Below, in pieces: positions 50,742-60,940 of a DNA stretch of 64,000 nucleotides. The notes beneath the pieces were generated by a model. That model worked only from the letters and a program-made list of their open reading frames with translations, was not told where the DNA came from and did not search any database. The stretch's first letter is position 1; each line of letters opens with the position of its first letter. The DNA comes from Saccharolobus islandicus REY15A (GTDB lineage: Archaea > Thermoproteota > Thermoprotei_A > Sulfolobales > Sulfolobaceae). The stretch lies in the NCBI RefSeq assembly GCF_000189555.1, contig NC_017276.1; one strand, given 5' to 3'. The position numbers and the translations under genes are program-made.

Positions 50742-50939
50742 TTTTTTACAATAGTGCTTTGTTGAACACTTCAATTTTCTAAGATGTCAATCTCGTCAAT
50801 TTTTCTTAAATTCAAAATCGAACGTTGATTTAAAAGTAAGTGACACGTTAACTCAGATAAAAATTGAACGAATCAACAAAGCATCTCTTAGGGTAAACCT
50901 TAAAAAGACTTATTTATAGTATTCATCTATCTCTTCATT

Positions 50940-51758
50940 GTGCAAAGAACTTTTATATTGACGTTGTTTACGTCCCTTAGTTTTATTATAGCTTACTATA
51001 TTTCCCTTAGTCCATTAATTTTAGCAGAATTTTCTCACGCCTTAATTGACTTCTTAACAATTACATTTTCAATTATCGCCCTAAAATTTATAGGGGAGAA
51101 TGAAGTAAGTGAGGGGAGGCTTTCTTATGGATTACATAGACTGGAAGTTATTGTTGCTATGATTAATATCTTTGCTATTATCCTCCTTTCACTTATTGTA
51201 GCATATACCTCCATAACGTCATTGTTAAAAGAGACTACTAACAGTTCTTTTGCTTTGATTATCTCGTCAGCCCTAGCATCAATTCTAACTTTCTTTGCAT
51301 CTCCTAAAGAAAAGGACAACTTGGGTAAGAGGGGATTATATGTGCATATAATATCAGACTTTCTAGGATATATAATCGGCTTTGTTATAGGTATTCTTAT
51401 CCTTATTTCCGGAATACATGAATTGGATCCCGTAGGAGCAATTATACTTGTAATACTAAATTTTGCACTTGCAATCCCATTATTAAAGGAATCTTTTTTA
51501 ATATTTATGGAAGGTTCTCCAGTGAAAATTGATAATATCATGGGAGAACTTACAAAAATTTCTCCAGATATTCATCATTTACATGTGTGGTCAATTTGTG
51601 ATCATGTAAAGGTAGCAACACTTCACGTTAAAGCATCTCCAAATCTGACTATAGCTGAGGCGGATAAGATAAGGGGTTCAATCTGTAGTCTGCTTAGAGA
51701 AAAATATGGCATTTCTCATGTAACGGTTCAGTTTGAGACGACGAATGATGACGATTAA
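50940..51758 (+). CDS. Cation diffusion facilitator, ZitB/CzcD-type
   Basis: AE..H.L.D, SYG.HR.EV, H...D.LG, HHLHVWSI, H.TVQ.E. Confidence 0.92.
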   Translation: MQRTFILTLFTSLSFIIAYYISLSPLILAEFSHALIDFLTITFSIIALKFIGENEVSEGRLSYGLHRLEVIVAMINIFAIILLSLIVAYTSITSLLKETTNSSFALIISSALASILTFFASPKEKDNLGKRGLYVHIISDFLGYIIGFVIGILILISGIHELDPVGAIILVILNFALAIPLLKESFLIFMEGSPVKIDNIMGELTKISPDIHHLHVWSICDHVKVATLHVKASPNLTIAEADKIRGSICSLLREKYGISHVTVQFETTNDDD

Positions 51759-52774
51759 TAAAACTGGCTGGGCCACCACTCAATATCTTTGTGAAGTTTA
51801 CTTCCCATTAACTTTATTATTTTTTCCCTATCCATCCTTGAAAATCTAACGTCTATATGAGCTTTTAAGAGTGGAAATGGATATCCCTTAATGCTTACTC
51901 CACTCAAATGATCCATTATCTCCTTTACTATTTTCTCATCCACTCTTCCAACCATATCTATTCTAACAACCCTCTTACCATTATCCAATCTAGTATAGAA
52001 AGTTGTATATTCCATTTTTCTTAATATCTCAAGCTCGGGTATCTCAGAAATTTTTCTGATGTCTATATTTTTGATTATAAGTTTTGAAAATCCTCTTTTT
52101 TCAGTAAACAGTTCAAAAACAGTTATGTCGGGATAGTCTGTACCAAATAAATCTCTCCCCCTACTGGTTTTAGATATCCATAAAACCTTGCCATCATATT
52201 GCTCTATTATTCTACTAACGAGAAATTGATTTAGTAGCATTAGCAAATCCCTCATTTTCCTTTCATCTTTTATGCTAATAATACTATTTATGTCGACATT
52301 CTTAACTAGCTTTAGCTCTTCATCAGAGATTTGTTGAATATCGACTTTATTACCAATCTTTTTGTTTAAACTTCCATCCATAAGAATGTAATCTCCTTTA
52401 CTACCATCCCTTAAAGCTAGTGATAATTCCAATGCCTCCATTAATAGTGATATTCTTTCTTGTGCATCGTTCCCTGGCTTGAATATACCTATTTGACCAT
52501 CCTCGCTCAATGTCTTTACTCCTTTATTATCTCCGATTACGGATTCAGCTCCTACAGCATAAACTATCCCTATTCTCATAGGTTTACTGAAAGAACCACC
52601 ATCAATAGCTACAAATTTGCATATTTCGCTTAACTCATTATCTCTAGTGTATTCAGTCCAAAACTCATTAACCTTTTCTTGTATTTCTTGCCTAAGGTAG
52701 CTAGCAATATTGTAAATCTGATTTTTTATCTCGTTGTGACTTTCCGCTAACTTATCATATATTTTTCTTATCAA
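51755..52774 (-). CDS. nurA: 5'-3' nuclease NurA
   Basis: AIDGG, LMDGS, YPFPLLKAH; last gene of herA-mre11-rad50-nurA. Confidence 0.95.
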   Translation of the reverse strand: MIRKIYDKLAESHNEIKNQIYNIASYLRQEIQEKVNEFWTEYTRDNELSEICKFVAIDGGSFSKPMRIGIVYAVGAESVIGDNKGVKTLSEDGQIGIFKPGNDAQERISLLMEALELSLALRDGSKGDYILMDGSLNKKIGNKVDIQQISDEELKLVKNVDINSIISIKDERKMRDLLMLLNQFLVSRIIEQYDGKVLWISKTSRGRDLFGTDYPDITVFELFTEKRGFSKLIIKNIDIRKISEIPELEILRKMEYTTFYTRLDNGKRVVRIDMVGRVDEKIVKEIMDHLSGVSIKGYPFPLLKAHIDVRFSRMDREKIIKLMGSKLHKDIEWWPSQFY

Positions 52775-55365
52775 GTCTCCTCCCTCACAAAACTTTTATT
52801 TCCTCTCTTTTCAACACGAATAACATAATCAGCTGCCTGGACTACCTCCTCGTCATGTGTTACCACTAATATCTGAGGTACACTTTCCTTTGCTGCCCTA
52901 ATTATCTCTATTAAGTACGCTTTTCTTTGATCATCTAAATGAATTGTTGGCTCGTCAAGAATGAAGAAGTTAGTATTACTCATCAGTGCCTTAGCTATTG
53001 CTAACCTTAAAGCTATAGATAAGGCAATTCTCTCACCTCCACTAAGCGATACTATGGGCAAAGTATCGCCGTTATTAGTGTATATTACTATATTCCCACC
53101 ACTGCCCTTTCCTCTACTAGTTTTTGGCATTATCTCCATTTCTACGTTTTTAATAGATAGATCAAATTTCGATATTATATCATTTAGATTATTTTCAATT
53201 AATTGTTTTGTTGCCATGATTATATAACTCTGTAATTTTCGTTCTCCTAATGCATCTCTAATTTTCTCCAGCTTATTAATACCATTGATTATCTTTTCTT
53301 TATCTTTTAGTTGCAATTCATAATTCTTAATTCGATTACTTATTTCCTCTATGTCTTTACCTAAACTATCCAATTCGCCCTCCACTCTACTTTTTCTGTT
53401 TTCCTTCTCCTTAAGACTGGCATTATGGACATCTAAACTCGTTTTAAGTTCATTATATTTATTTTCATCAAACTGTATGATATTTAATTTTTCCCTTAGT
53501 TTCTTAACATCTTCTTGTAGTAGCTCAACTTGTCCTATATAGTCTTCTAGTACTCCTCTTTTCTTCTTCATTTCATCCAAGATTTTTTTCTTCCTCTCTA
53601 AATCTGAAATTTTATTCTCCAGCTCTTTACGGTCTAACCCTTGTAATTCGGTTTCTAGAGCCCTCATTTCTTTTTCGATTTCTACTTTTTTCTTCTTCAT
53701 TTCATCTAACCTATTTTTTCTTCTTTCAAGTTCCTTCTCGTCATACTTAAATAGTCTCATAAACTCTTCATAATACTGTTTTAGGTCCTTTATTTCTACA
53801 TTTATTTTCTTAATTTCCTCCTCTATATCCTTTAAAGCTTCAATCCTATTATGAAGATTCTCTATTTCCTCGTTTAACTTTCTAAGTTGTTTTATTACAT
53901 TATCGTAATTTGCCTTATTATTTGAGAGTTTTCTATATTCTTTTTCAATTTTATTTAATTCATCAGTGGTTTTCTTTAATTCTTCTTCCAGTTCATTCTT
54001 ATCTAATTCTAATCGTGAAATGTAACTTTTTGCTTCTTCTACTATTTTTTGTTTGTGTTCCTCATCTAGGGGTCTTCCACATACCGGACAAGTTTCCCCC
54101 TTAACTTGACTAAGATTATTTATTATCTCATTTTTCTCAGATATTAGGCTTTCAACTTTACCTAATTGAGCTCGAAGATCAAGTTGTCTTTTTCTTTTCT
54201 CTTCCATAATTTGTTCAAGATTACTAATTCTATCTATATCTTTAGAAAACTCACTTGCGTCTTTCTCTAAACGTTCTTTTAAATTTAGTTTGGAGTCTAA
54301 ATTGGATTTCGATTTGAGATATTCTTCATGTTTTGGCTGTAATTCTTCTAGTTTTCTCTCCAATTCCTTGTATCTTAGATAATGTGGCTCAAGTTCTTTC
54401 TTTCTTTTAATAGCTTTTTCATATTCCTCAATTTCCTTTTCTAAATTAAGTATATTATTGGATATCTCTATATAACTTCTCGATAAAACTTCATATTTTT
54501 CAAATTTTAATCTAAAATTCTTTAAATTGTCAAGTTCGTTTACCTCCTTTTCAAGCTTATCCATGTTTTCCGTTTGTCTTCTTAGTTCTTCTATACTCTT
54601 GTTTAATTCATTTAATTTAGTTTCTTTTACCTTTAAGATAGTGGTCAACTCTAAGTACTGATTTCTTTTCTTCTCATAATCTTCGAATTGTTTCTTTAAC
54701 TCAGTTATTTGATTTTCCAAGTTCTTTATCTCATCCTCCAGTTTTTTCCTATCTTTTTCTAACTCCAACACTCTATTTCTCTTCTCCTCCAAGTTCTTCT
54801 TAGAATCATTATAGTCTTGTTCTATCCTGTCTAACTCTCTTAACTTGTTTTCCAAATTCTTCTTAAATTCCACTATTGGACCTCTGCTATCAATAAGCTT
54901 CTCGATTGATTCCAACTTTAGAATTTTCCCCATAATGTCTTGTAAATTCTCCAAAATTTTATCCAATTCTCCTTGTCTAACTATTATTGTTGATAGGGCA
55001 ATATCTTTATCAATACCCAGAATTTTCTCTATTTCATTAGAGACTACCGTTGCACTACGTGCAACTGGTATTTGATTCCGTATTAACCTATCTTCTGTAG
55101 TGCTTCTTATATCCCTTATTATTTCTATTTTATCTTTTTCATTAGAAAGATGTAAGGTAACGCTCGCCTTATTTGAGCCTTTTCTTATTAAGTTGTCGTT
55201 ATTTCCTCTACTATGGGTTCTAAACAAACTGAATACTATGCCATCTATTATAGAACTCTTACCTGCTCCATTTTGTCCCACTATTACATTTATTTCGCCT
55301 AGAAAGTGTATTTCACTGTGTTCATGACTTAAAAAATTAGTCAAAGTAATTTTGTCAATTCTCAT
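52771..55365 (-). CDS. rad50: DNA double-strand break repair ATPase Rad50
   Basis: GQNGAGKSS, CPVCGR zinc hook, LSGGE, ILDEPT, THD. Confidence 0.97.
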   Translation of the reverse strand: MRIDKITLTNFLSHEHSEIHFLGEINVIVGQNGAGKSSIIDGIVFSLFRTHSRGNNDNLIRKGSNKASVTLHLSNEKDKIEIIRDIRSTTEDRLIRNQIPVARSATVVSNEIEKILGIDKDIALSTIIVRQGELDKILENLQDIMGKILKLESIEKLIDSRGPIVEFKKNLENKLRELDRIEQDYNDSKKNLEEKRNRVLELEKDRKKLEDEIKNLENQITELKKQFEDYEKKRNQYLELTTILKVKETKLNELNKSIEELRRQTENMDKLEKEVNELDNLKNFRLKFEKYEVLSRSYIEISNNILNLEKEIEEYEKAIKRKKELEPHYLRYKELERKLEELQPKHEEYLKSKSNLDSKLNLKERLEKDASEFSKDIDRISNLEQIMEEKRKRQLDLRAQLGKVESLISEKNEIINNLSQVKGETCPVCGRPLDEEHKQKIVEEAKSYISRLELDKNELEEELKKTTDELNKIEKEYRKLSNNKANYDNVIKQLRKLNEEIENLHNRIEALKDIEEEIKKINVEIKDLKQYYEEFMRLFKYDEKELERRKNRLDEMKKKKVEIEKEMRALETELQGLDRKELENKISDLERKKKILDEMKKKRGVLEDYIGQVELLQEDVKKLREKLNIIQFDENKYNELKTSLDVHNASLKEKENRKSRVEGELDSLGKDIEEISNRIKNYELQLKDKEKIINGINKLEKIRDALGERKLQSYIIMATKQLIENNLNDIISKFDLSIKNVEMEIMPKTSRGKGSGGNIVIYTNNGDTLPIVSLSGGERIALSIALRLAIAKALMSNTNFFILDEPTIHLDDQRKAYLIEIIRAAKESVPQILVVTHDEEVVQAADYVIRVEKRGNKSFVREET

Positions 55366-56513
55366 AAGTTAACACCTGTTAGTCTTTTTAATATCTCATT
55401 TACTATATCTTCAGAATCAACGTTCTTTATCATTTGTAAAATTAAATTAGCCTCGTCCTCGTTGAACTTCTCGTATTTAGTAAGGTATTCGATTATTATC
55501 TTATCTAATGCCCTATCTTGCGGCAAGGTATATGTTAAGTTGTCTACACTTTGAATAGTTTCATCTTTATATATTCTATAATAAAGTGCAATATCATTTA
55601 AAGGAAGTAACTCTCTGTAAAGTAGATCCTTTCTCATTCTTTCACCTTCTACGATAATGTGTAATATTGGCTTATTGTTTTCACCTTTATTATTTTTTAA
55701 TAAATCACTTTTTATTTTCGATATGTCATTCTTCAGATTTTTTGTATTTATGGTTACAACTTTTTGTGGCCTTACTGTAGTATTTATCGTGGTAAGTGTA
55801 GGTAAGTCCTTTGAAAAGTCTATTAGGTATGCTCCTTTTCCAAATTTTTCATACCCTTCTATTTCCTCTTCTCTCATAATATCTGGAGAACCAGCTATAG
55901 CGATTATTGAACCGTCATCTTGAATAAGTCTCCACCTAGTATGCAAATGTCCTAAAGCATAATACCCAAAACCTTTAGGTAAACTTCCTAATTCCATTTG
56001 CCACGAACCATCATACGGCAATATCTGTTTTACACCTTGATGTAGTAATAGGATACTTCTACTTGACTTTGGTTTTAAAGAGGATAACGTGCTAACCAAT
56101 ACGTTTTTTGAAACTGTGGGAATATGGGGGATTCCGTATATTTCTATTTCTTTTATAATATATGGCTTATCATAATTCAAAATTTTGATTAAATCCAATT
56201 CAGTTAGAATATTATGAGGAATGATGTAACCTTTCCTCTTTGGAGTGTCGTGGTCCCCTGGTATTGAGAGAAATGGTATATTCGCATCTTTTAACTTTTT
56301 TAGGATTTTAACAGCTATTACTAATGCATTTGTAGTAGGATTCGAAACATCGAAAAGGTCTCCAGAATGTATTACTGCGTCAACACGTTCTTTAATAGCA
56401 ATGTCAATTAGTTGTGAGAAAACATCGTAAATATCCTTTTCCCTTTCTGCTAGGGAGTACTGTCTTTTTCCTAAATGAGTATCAGAAATATGTAGAATTT
56501 GTACCATCATCAA
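55362..56513 (-). CDS. mre11: DNA double-strand break repair nuclease Mre11
   Basis: HISDTHLG, SGDLFD, GDHD, LHQ, LGHLH, GSP; start probably 56510/56507. Confidence 0.97.
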   Translation of the reverse strand: MMMVQILHISDTHLGKRQYSLAEREKDIYDVFSQLIDIAIKERVDAVIHSGDLFDVSNPTTNALVIAVKILKKLKDANIPFLSIPGDHDTPKRKGYIIPHNILTELDLIKILNYDKPYIIKEIEIYGIPHIPTVSKNVLVSTLSSLKPKSSRSILLLHQGVKQILPYDGSWQMELGSLPKGFGYYALGHLHTRWRLIQDDGSIIAIAGSPDIMREEEIEGYEKFGKGAYLIDFSKDLPTLTTINTTVRPQKVVTINTKNLKNDISKIKSDLLKNNKGENNKPILHIIVEGERMRKDLLYRELLPLNDIALYYRIYKDETIQSVDNLTYTLPQDRALDKIIIEYLTKYEKFNEDEANLILQMIKNVDSEDIVNEILKRLTGVNL

Positions 56514-58012
56514 TCACCAATTTCCGTTCCAAAGTCGGCAAAGCCTTTAGCTATTCTTTCATTTTCTTCTGCTCTCTTCCATTCCCCTATCATGTCGGGG
56601 TCTGATCCAAGCAATTTTCCTTCAAACATATCTATCTTCACAACTGCAGGTAATTTTACTATTTTACCTATAATTATAGCCTCACCAACGTCCAAGGAGG
56701 ACAGTTGTTCAGCTAAATCTTCGCTTAGATTATCACTTGACTCTAAGATGTATTTTTTATCAGTAGGTTCAATTATCTTTAAAATGATCTTGTTTGTCAT
56801 TTGACTTAATATATTTTCATCTAGGCCTTTAGGCCTTTGACTTACTATTGTTAATCCAACTCCGAATTTTCTGCCCTCTCTTGCTATCCTGGACGCCCAG
56901 TACTTGGTTAATGTATTCTCGTTTTTAGACAAGAAAACGTGAGCTTCTTCTATTACGGCTATTATTGGGAATTTAAGGCCACTATTTTTGCTTCTTTTAA
57001 AATCTTTCCTAGAATCAAGGATTCTTCTTAAATAATGTGAGACTACTGCATCCATTGAGTCTTCATCTAATTGTGTTAGGCTTACAACGTTTACCTTACC
57101 TCTCTTTACTTTTTCAATTATATCTGAAGATGTAAGATCAATGACGTTTGAATACCTATCCATGAATTCTTCAAACTTATTCAGTACCTCATCCTTTGCA
57201 CTACTCTTTTTATCACTATTTCCTTGAGTTTCCAATTCGTCTCTCATTAGTTCATAAAATTGGCTATTTAGAGTAGAAAATGGTATTTGTCCTTCTTTTA
57301 GCTTTTCTCTTATCTCATTTGTTACCTTTATGAAAGCTCTTCTTAAAATTCTGTACTGTATAATTGCATTCTCTCTTATTTCTAGTAACGTAGAAAATTC
57401 CCTTGGGGTCATATAAAGAGGGTTAAGTTTAGGTTCAATACGATTTAGATTCTTTATATCGCTATCATAGTACTCTCCATGATAATCAAAGATAAGAACA
57501 GATCCACCAAGTTCAGAAATTCTTTGAGAAAGAACTGCTACTGTATTTGACTTCCCAGAACCAGTAGCTGCTAAAATAGCTAAATGTCTTGCAAAGGAAT
57601 TTATATTTAATTTAACCTCCACGTTTTTACCTATTAAGCTTCCTATTCTAATTTGGCCATCTTGCGAATAAATACTTTTTAACTCCTCATCTTCAGCCTC
57701 TCTAGCTGGGGTTCCAGCGAACGGGGGTATATCGGGCATTAAAAAGTGATTATTCATATCACATAACATTTTTACTTTAGCCTTTATATAAACGGGTATG
57801 CTATTGTTGAATTGTTTTAATCTTTGAACGATTTCTATATCATTCATATTATCATCTAGCATAGGGCTACCTCTAGTCACGTTTGTTATTAGTCCAAGGG
57901 CCTTAACGTTATCATATTCTAGAACAACATAAGTTCCTAATCTAACTGGCCTTTCAGCTAGTATCAAAGCCTCTTGTGTTGTAGCTTGACCAATTACATA
58001 ACCAATTATCAT
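56510..58012 (-). CDS. herA: DNA double-strand break repair helicase HerA
   Basis: HAS barrel, HLAILAATGSGKSN, IEEAH, EGRKFG, SQRP. Confidence 0.97.
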   Translation of the reverse strand: MIIGYVIGQATTQEALILAERPVRLGTYVVLEYDNVKALGLITNVTRGSPMLDDNMNDIEIVQRLKQFNNSIPVYIKAKVKMLCDMNNHFLMPDIPPFAGTPAREAEDEELKSIYSQDGQIRIGSLIGKNVEVKLNINSFARHLAILAATGSGKSNTVAVLSQRISELGGSVLIFDYHGEYYDSDIKNLNRIEPKLNPLYMTPREFSTLLEIRENAIIQYRILRRAFIKVTNEIREKLKEGQIPFSTLNSQFYELMRDELETQGNSDKKSSAKDEVLNKFEEFMDRYSNVIDLTSSDIIEKVKRGKVNVVSLTQLDEDSMDAVVSHYLRRILDSRKDFKRSKNSGLKFPIIAVIEEAHVFLSKNENTLTKYWASRIAREGRKFGVGLTIVSQRPKGLDENILSQMTNKIILKIIEPTDKKYILESSDNLSEDLAEQLSSLDVGEAIIIGKIVKLPAVVKIDMFEGKLLGSDPDMIGEWKRAEENERIAKGFADFGTEIGD

Positions 58013-58107
58013 GTATAGATAAAATACTATTGGCTTCCTAAAATGGCTTACTCATTGTAGAAGAGTAATACCTAGAAATGGGAAAAATTTAAAAAGCAAA
58101 AATAGCT

Positions 58108-58665
58108 TTATAAGGCTTTGGCGACAGATTTGATTGTTTCTGAGATTTTTGCTTCTTGTTCAGCGAATGTGCATAGCATTTTTTCAATGTCTTCGTGTCC
58201 TTCTTGTTTTGCTGTCATTGCAACCTTATTATACTCACTTATATGTTGTTCTTGCTCTTCTTTAGCCATTTCATTTAAGACTTTAGAAACCTTTGCTATC
58301 GTTTCTGCAATCTTAGCCTCTTGATCCGCAAAACTGCATAGCATTTTTTCAATGTCTTCGTGTCCTTCTTGTTTTGCTGTCATTGCAACCTTATTATACT
58401 CACTTATATGTTGTTCTTGCTCTTCTTTAGCCATTTCCCCTACTACTCCTCTTAATTCTTGGTTCTTTAATAAGGTCTCGAAGATTGCCTTAGCATGCCC
58501 TAATTCTACTAATGCCTTCTCTCTTAATGCCTTAGCTTCTTCTTTCTTTCCTAATTGCTCTAATTTCTCAGCTACTAGCATTAATGACATAAAATCTTCT
58601 GCATTTGCTTTAAATAACTCCTTTAGACCCATTTCGGTTTCTTTTCCGAGAGCCATAACAAACAC
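58108..58665 (-). CDS. Ferritin-like/rubrerythrin-family protein with internal duplication
   Basis: E..A...L...G..EEA, E.GH, EEQEQH..EY..VA..AK.EGH di-iron-type helices; the third and fourth helices are repeated. Confidence 0.82.
   Translation of the reverse strand: MFVMALGKETEMGLKELFKANAEDFMSLMLVAEKLEQLGKKEEAKALREKALVELGHAKAIFETLLKNQELRGVVGEMAKEEQEQHISEYNKVAMTAKQEGHEDIEKMLCSFADQEAKIAETIAKVSKVLNEMAKEEQEQHISEYNKVAMTAKQEGHEDIEKMLCTFAEQEAKISETIKSVAKAL
58170..58437. repeat. Perfect 103-bp direct repeat (period 165 bp) inside the ferritin-like gene
   Basis: 58170-58272 is identical to 58335-58437 on base-by-base reading. Confidence 0.93.
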
Positions 58666-58829
58666 CTACATTAATATACTAATCCAAGGTTTATAAACTT
58701 TAATTATAGTCTAACTTAATATTGTTATCATTCCATCACACATAATAATACTGTTCTAAGTTACTAGAAAGCTTACATGAAGAAGTACTAATTAAAATTA
58801 TAAGGATATTCCTCCTATTTAAGCTTAGC

Positions 58830-58878
58830 GTGATGAATAACTCCAATCCTGATCAATGATGTAGTAACTCGCGACTGA
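58830..58878 (+). ncRNA. Box C/D guide sRNA
   Basis: C GTGATGA (58830-36), guide ATAACTCCAATC, D' CTGA, C' ATGATGT, guide AGTAACTCGCGA, D CTGA (58875-78). Confidence 0.88.
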
Positions 58879-58913
58879 ATTGCATTTATACCCATTTTTT
58901 TATATTCAAGTAT

Positions 58914-60419
58914 ATGATTTCGGTAAAAGAAATGAGGGCTTTGGAAATAAATAGTTCTGCTTTAGGCGTGTCTACATTAATACTCATGGAGAATGCAGGT
59001 AGATCCGTTAAAGACGAAATAGTAAAGAGATTTAACGTAAAGGATAAGGTAGCATATGTTTATGTAGGACATGGTGGAAAAGGTGGTGACGGGTTGGTTG
59101 CGGCGAGACATTTAGCCGATGAAGGTGCTAAGGTAACCGTAATTTTATTGGGAGAAAATAAACACGAGGATGCAATCCTTAATCTTAATGTCATAGAAGA
59201 GATGGACTATTCAATAACGTTAGTTGAGATAAAGGATATGGATGAACTAAAGCCAATCTCTGTTGATATTTTAATCGATGCCATGTTAGGTACGGGATTC
59301 TCTGGAAAGCCAAGAGAACCGTTTAGAAGTGCGATAAAAGCGTTCAACAATAGTAAAGGGTTCAAGGTTTCTATAGACGTTCCCTCCGGGATAAATGCTG
59401 ATACTGGTGAAGCATATGAAGACGAATATGTTAAACCGGATCTGGTTGTCACGTTTCACGATATCAAACCTGGCTTATTAAAGTATAATTTCAATACTGT
59501 GGTTACGAAAATAGGTATTCCAGTAGAAGCCCAAATATATGTTGGGCCAGGGGATTTGATAGTTAACGTGCGTAGTAGACCTTATTACTCTAAGAAGGGT
59601 GATAGTGGAAGAGTACTAGTAATTGGAGGAAGTTACACTTTTAGTGGTGCTCCAACTCTAGCCGCTATGGGTGCTTTGAGAGCTGGAGCTGACCTAGTTT
59701 ATGTAGCATCACCAGAGGATACGGCTAGAATTATAGCAGGATACTCTCCAGACTTAATTACAATAAAATTAAGGGGAAAGAACATTTCTCCAGACAATTT
59801 TGAAGAATTGAAATCATGGATAGATAGAGCAGACGTAGTGGTTATAGGTCCGGGAATGGGTCTAGCTGAGGAGACTATTGAGGCTTCTAAACTAATTGTG
59901 AATTATGTTAAAGAGAAGAATAAGCTAGCTGTTATTGATGCTGATGCACTTAAGGCAATAAGTGGGTTCGATTTGTATGAAAATGCTGTAATAACACCTC
60001 ATGCAGGAGAATTCAAGATATTCTTTGGAGAAGAACCGAGTAAGAACATAAGAGATAGAATAAGCCAAGTAATTAGATATGCTAAGAAATGTAAATGTAC
60101 GGTTCTACTTAAGGGGTATGTTGATATAATAAGTGATGGTAAAAGGTTTAAATTAAATAAAACTGGTAACCCAGGTATGACCGTGGGAGGGAGCGGGGAT
60201 ACGTTGACTGGTATAACAGCAACATTAATGGCTCAAAAAATCGAACCATTTATGGCCGCATATTTAGGGGTTTTCATAAATAGCCTAGCTGGAACTTTAG
60301 CATATAATAGGCTCGGAGCTCATTTGACACCTACTGATATAATAAATGAAATTCCAAATGTGATAAATAATCCCTTGGATTCTTTCAAAAGAAAATTGTA
60401 TAAAAGAGTTTTAAGTTGA
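58914..60419 (+). CDS. nnr: Bifunctional NAD(P)HX epimerase/dehydratase
   Basis: LMENAG, G.GG.GGDG, DA.LGTG, D.PSG; SKKGDSG.VL.IGGS, GA, DADAL, TPH.GEF, GGSGD.L.G. Confidence 0.95.
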   Translation: MISVKEMRALEINSSALGVSTLILMENAGRSVKDEIVKRFNVKDKVAYVYVGHGGKGGDGLVAARHLADEGAKVTVILLGENKHEDAILNLNVIEEMDYSITLVEIKDMDELKPISVDILIDAMLGTGFSGKPREPFRSAIKAFNNSKGFKVSIDVPSGINADTGEAYEDEYVKPDLVVTFHDIKPGLLKYNFNTVVTKIGIPVEAQIYVGPGDLIVNVRSRPYYSKKGDSGRVLVIGGSYTFSGAPTLAAMGALRAGADLVYVASPEDTARIIAGYSPDLITIKLRGKNISPDNFEELKSWIDRADVVVIGPGMGLAEETIEASKLIVNYVKEKNKLAVIDADALKAISGFDLYENAVITPHAGEFKIFFGEEPSKNIRDRISQVIRYAKKCKCTVLLKGYVDIISDGKRFKLNKTGNPGMTVGGSGDTLTGITATLMAQKIEPFMAAYLGVFINSLAGTLAYNRLGAHLTPTDIINEIPNVINNPLDSFKRKLYKRVLS

Positions 60420-60860
60420 GTTTTGTTTCTTTATTATCTCTAATGATTTGTCAGCGTGTTCCTCTGCCTTCTTCAGATTTTTCAAGATATCTACTATTTT
60501 GCCATTTTCGTCTATTATGAAAGTCACTCTTTGGGCACTAGTCCCCCTTTCGTTTAACACACTATAAAGTTTCGATATTGTTTTCTGGGCGTCGGCAACT
60601 ATTGGGAATTTAGCTCCATATTTCTCTGCGAATTTTTTCTGGGTATCAATTTTATCTACACTAACACCTATTACCTCAGCATTCAATTTTTTGAATTCGT
60701 CATAGAGTTCAGCAAATCTTTGTAGTTCCCTTGTACAACCACTGGTAAAGGATTTTGGGTAGAAGTATAATATTACTTTTTTCCCTCTAAAATCTGATAA
60801 CTTAATTTTTCCGAGAGTGGATTCAGCCTCGAAATCTGGTGCTTCTTCTCCTACGTTCAT
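60411..60860 (-). CDS. bcp: Peroxiredoxin, Bcp family (single Cys)
   Basis: LYFYPK.FT.GCT.E, R.TF.ID..G. Confidence 0.93.
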   Translation of the reverse strand: MNVGEEAPDFEAESTLGKIKLSDFRGKKVILYFYPKSFTSGCTRELQRFAELYDEFKKLNAEVIGVSVDKIDTQKKFAEKYGAKFPIVADAQKTISKLYSVLNERGTSAQRVTFIIDENGKIVDILKNLKKAEEHADKSLEIIKKQNST

Positions 60861-60940
60861 ACTAATTTAATTCTTGCGTAATTCGAATATAAGAATTTAG
60901 ACAAAATATTTTTACTTCTTACTCGTAGTCAGTTAGTAAA

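Noticed and set aside
52771-55365. Low-complexity A/G-rich periodicity in rad50, clsN and the 229-aa gene
   Set aside because: Explained by K/E/L-rich coiled-coil heptads, not DNA repeats
58048-58068. TTACTC-N9-GAGTAA dyad upstream of herA
   Set aside because: Only 6-bp arms, expected by chance at this AT content; no second copy found
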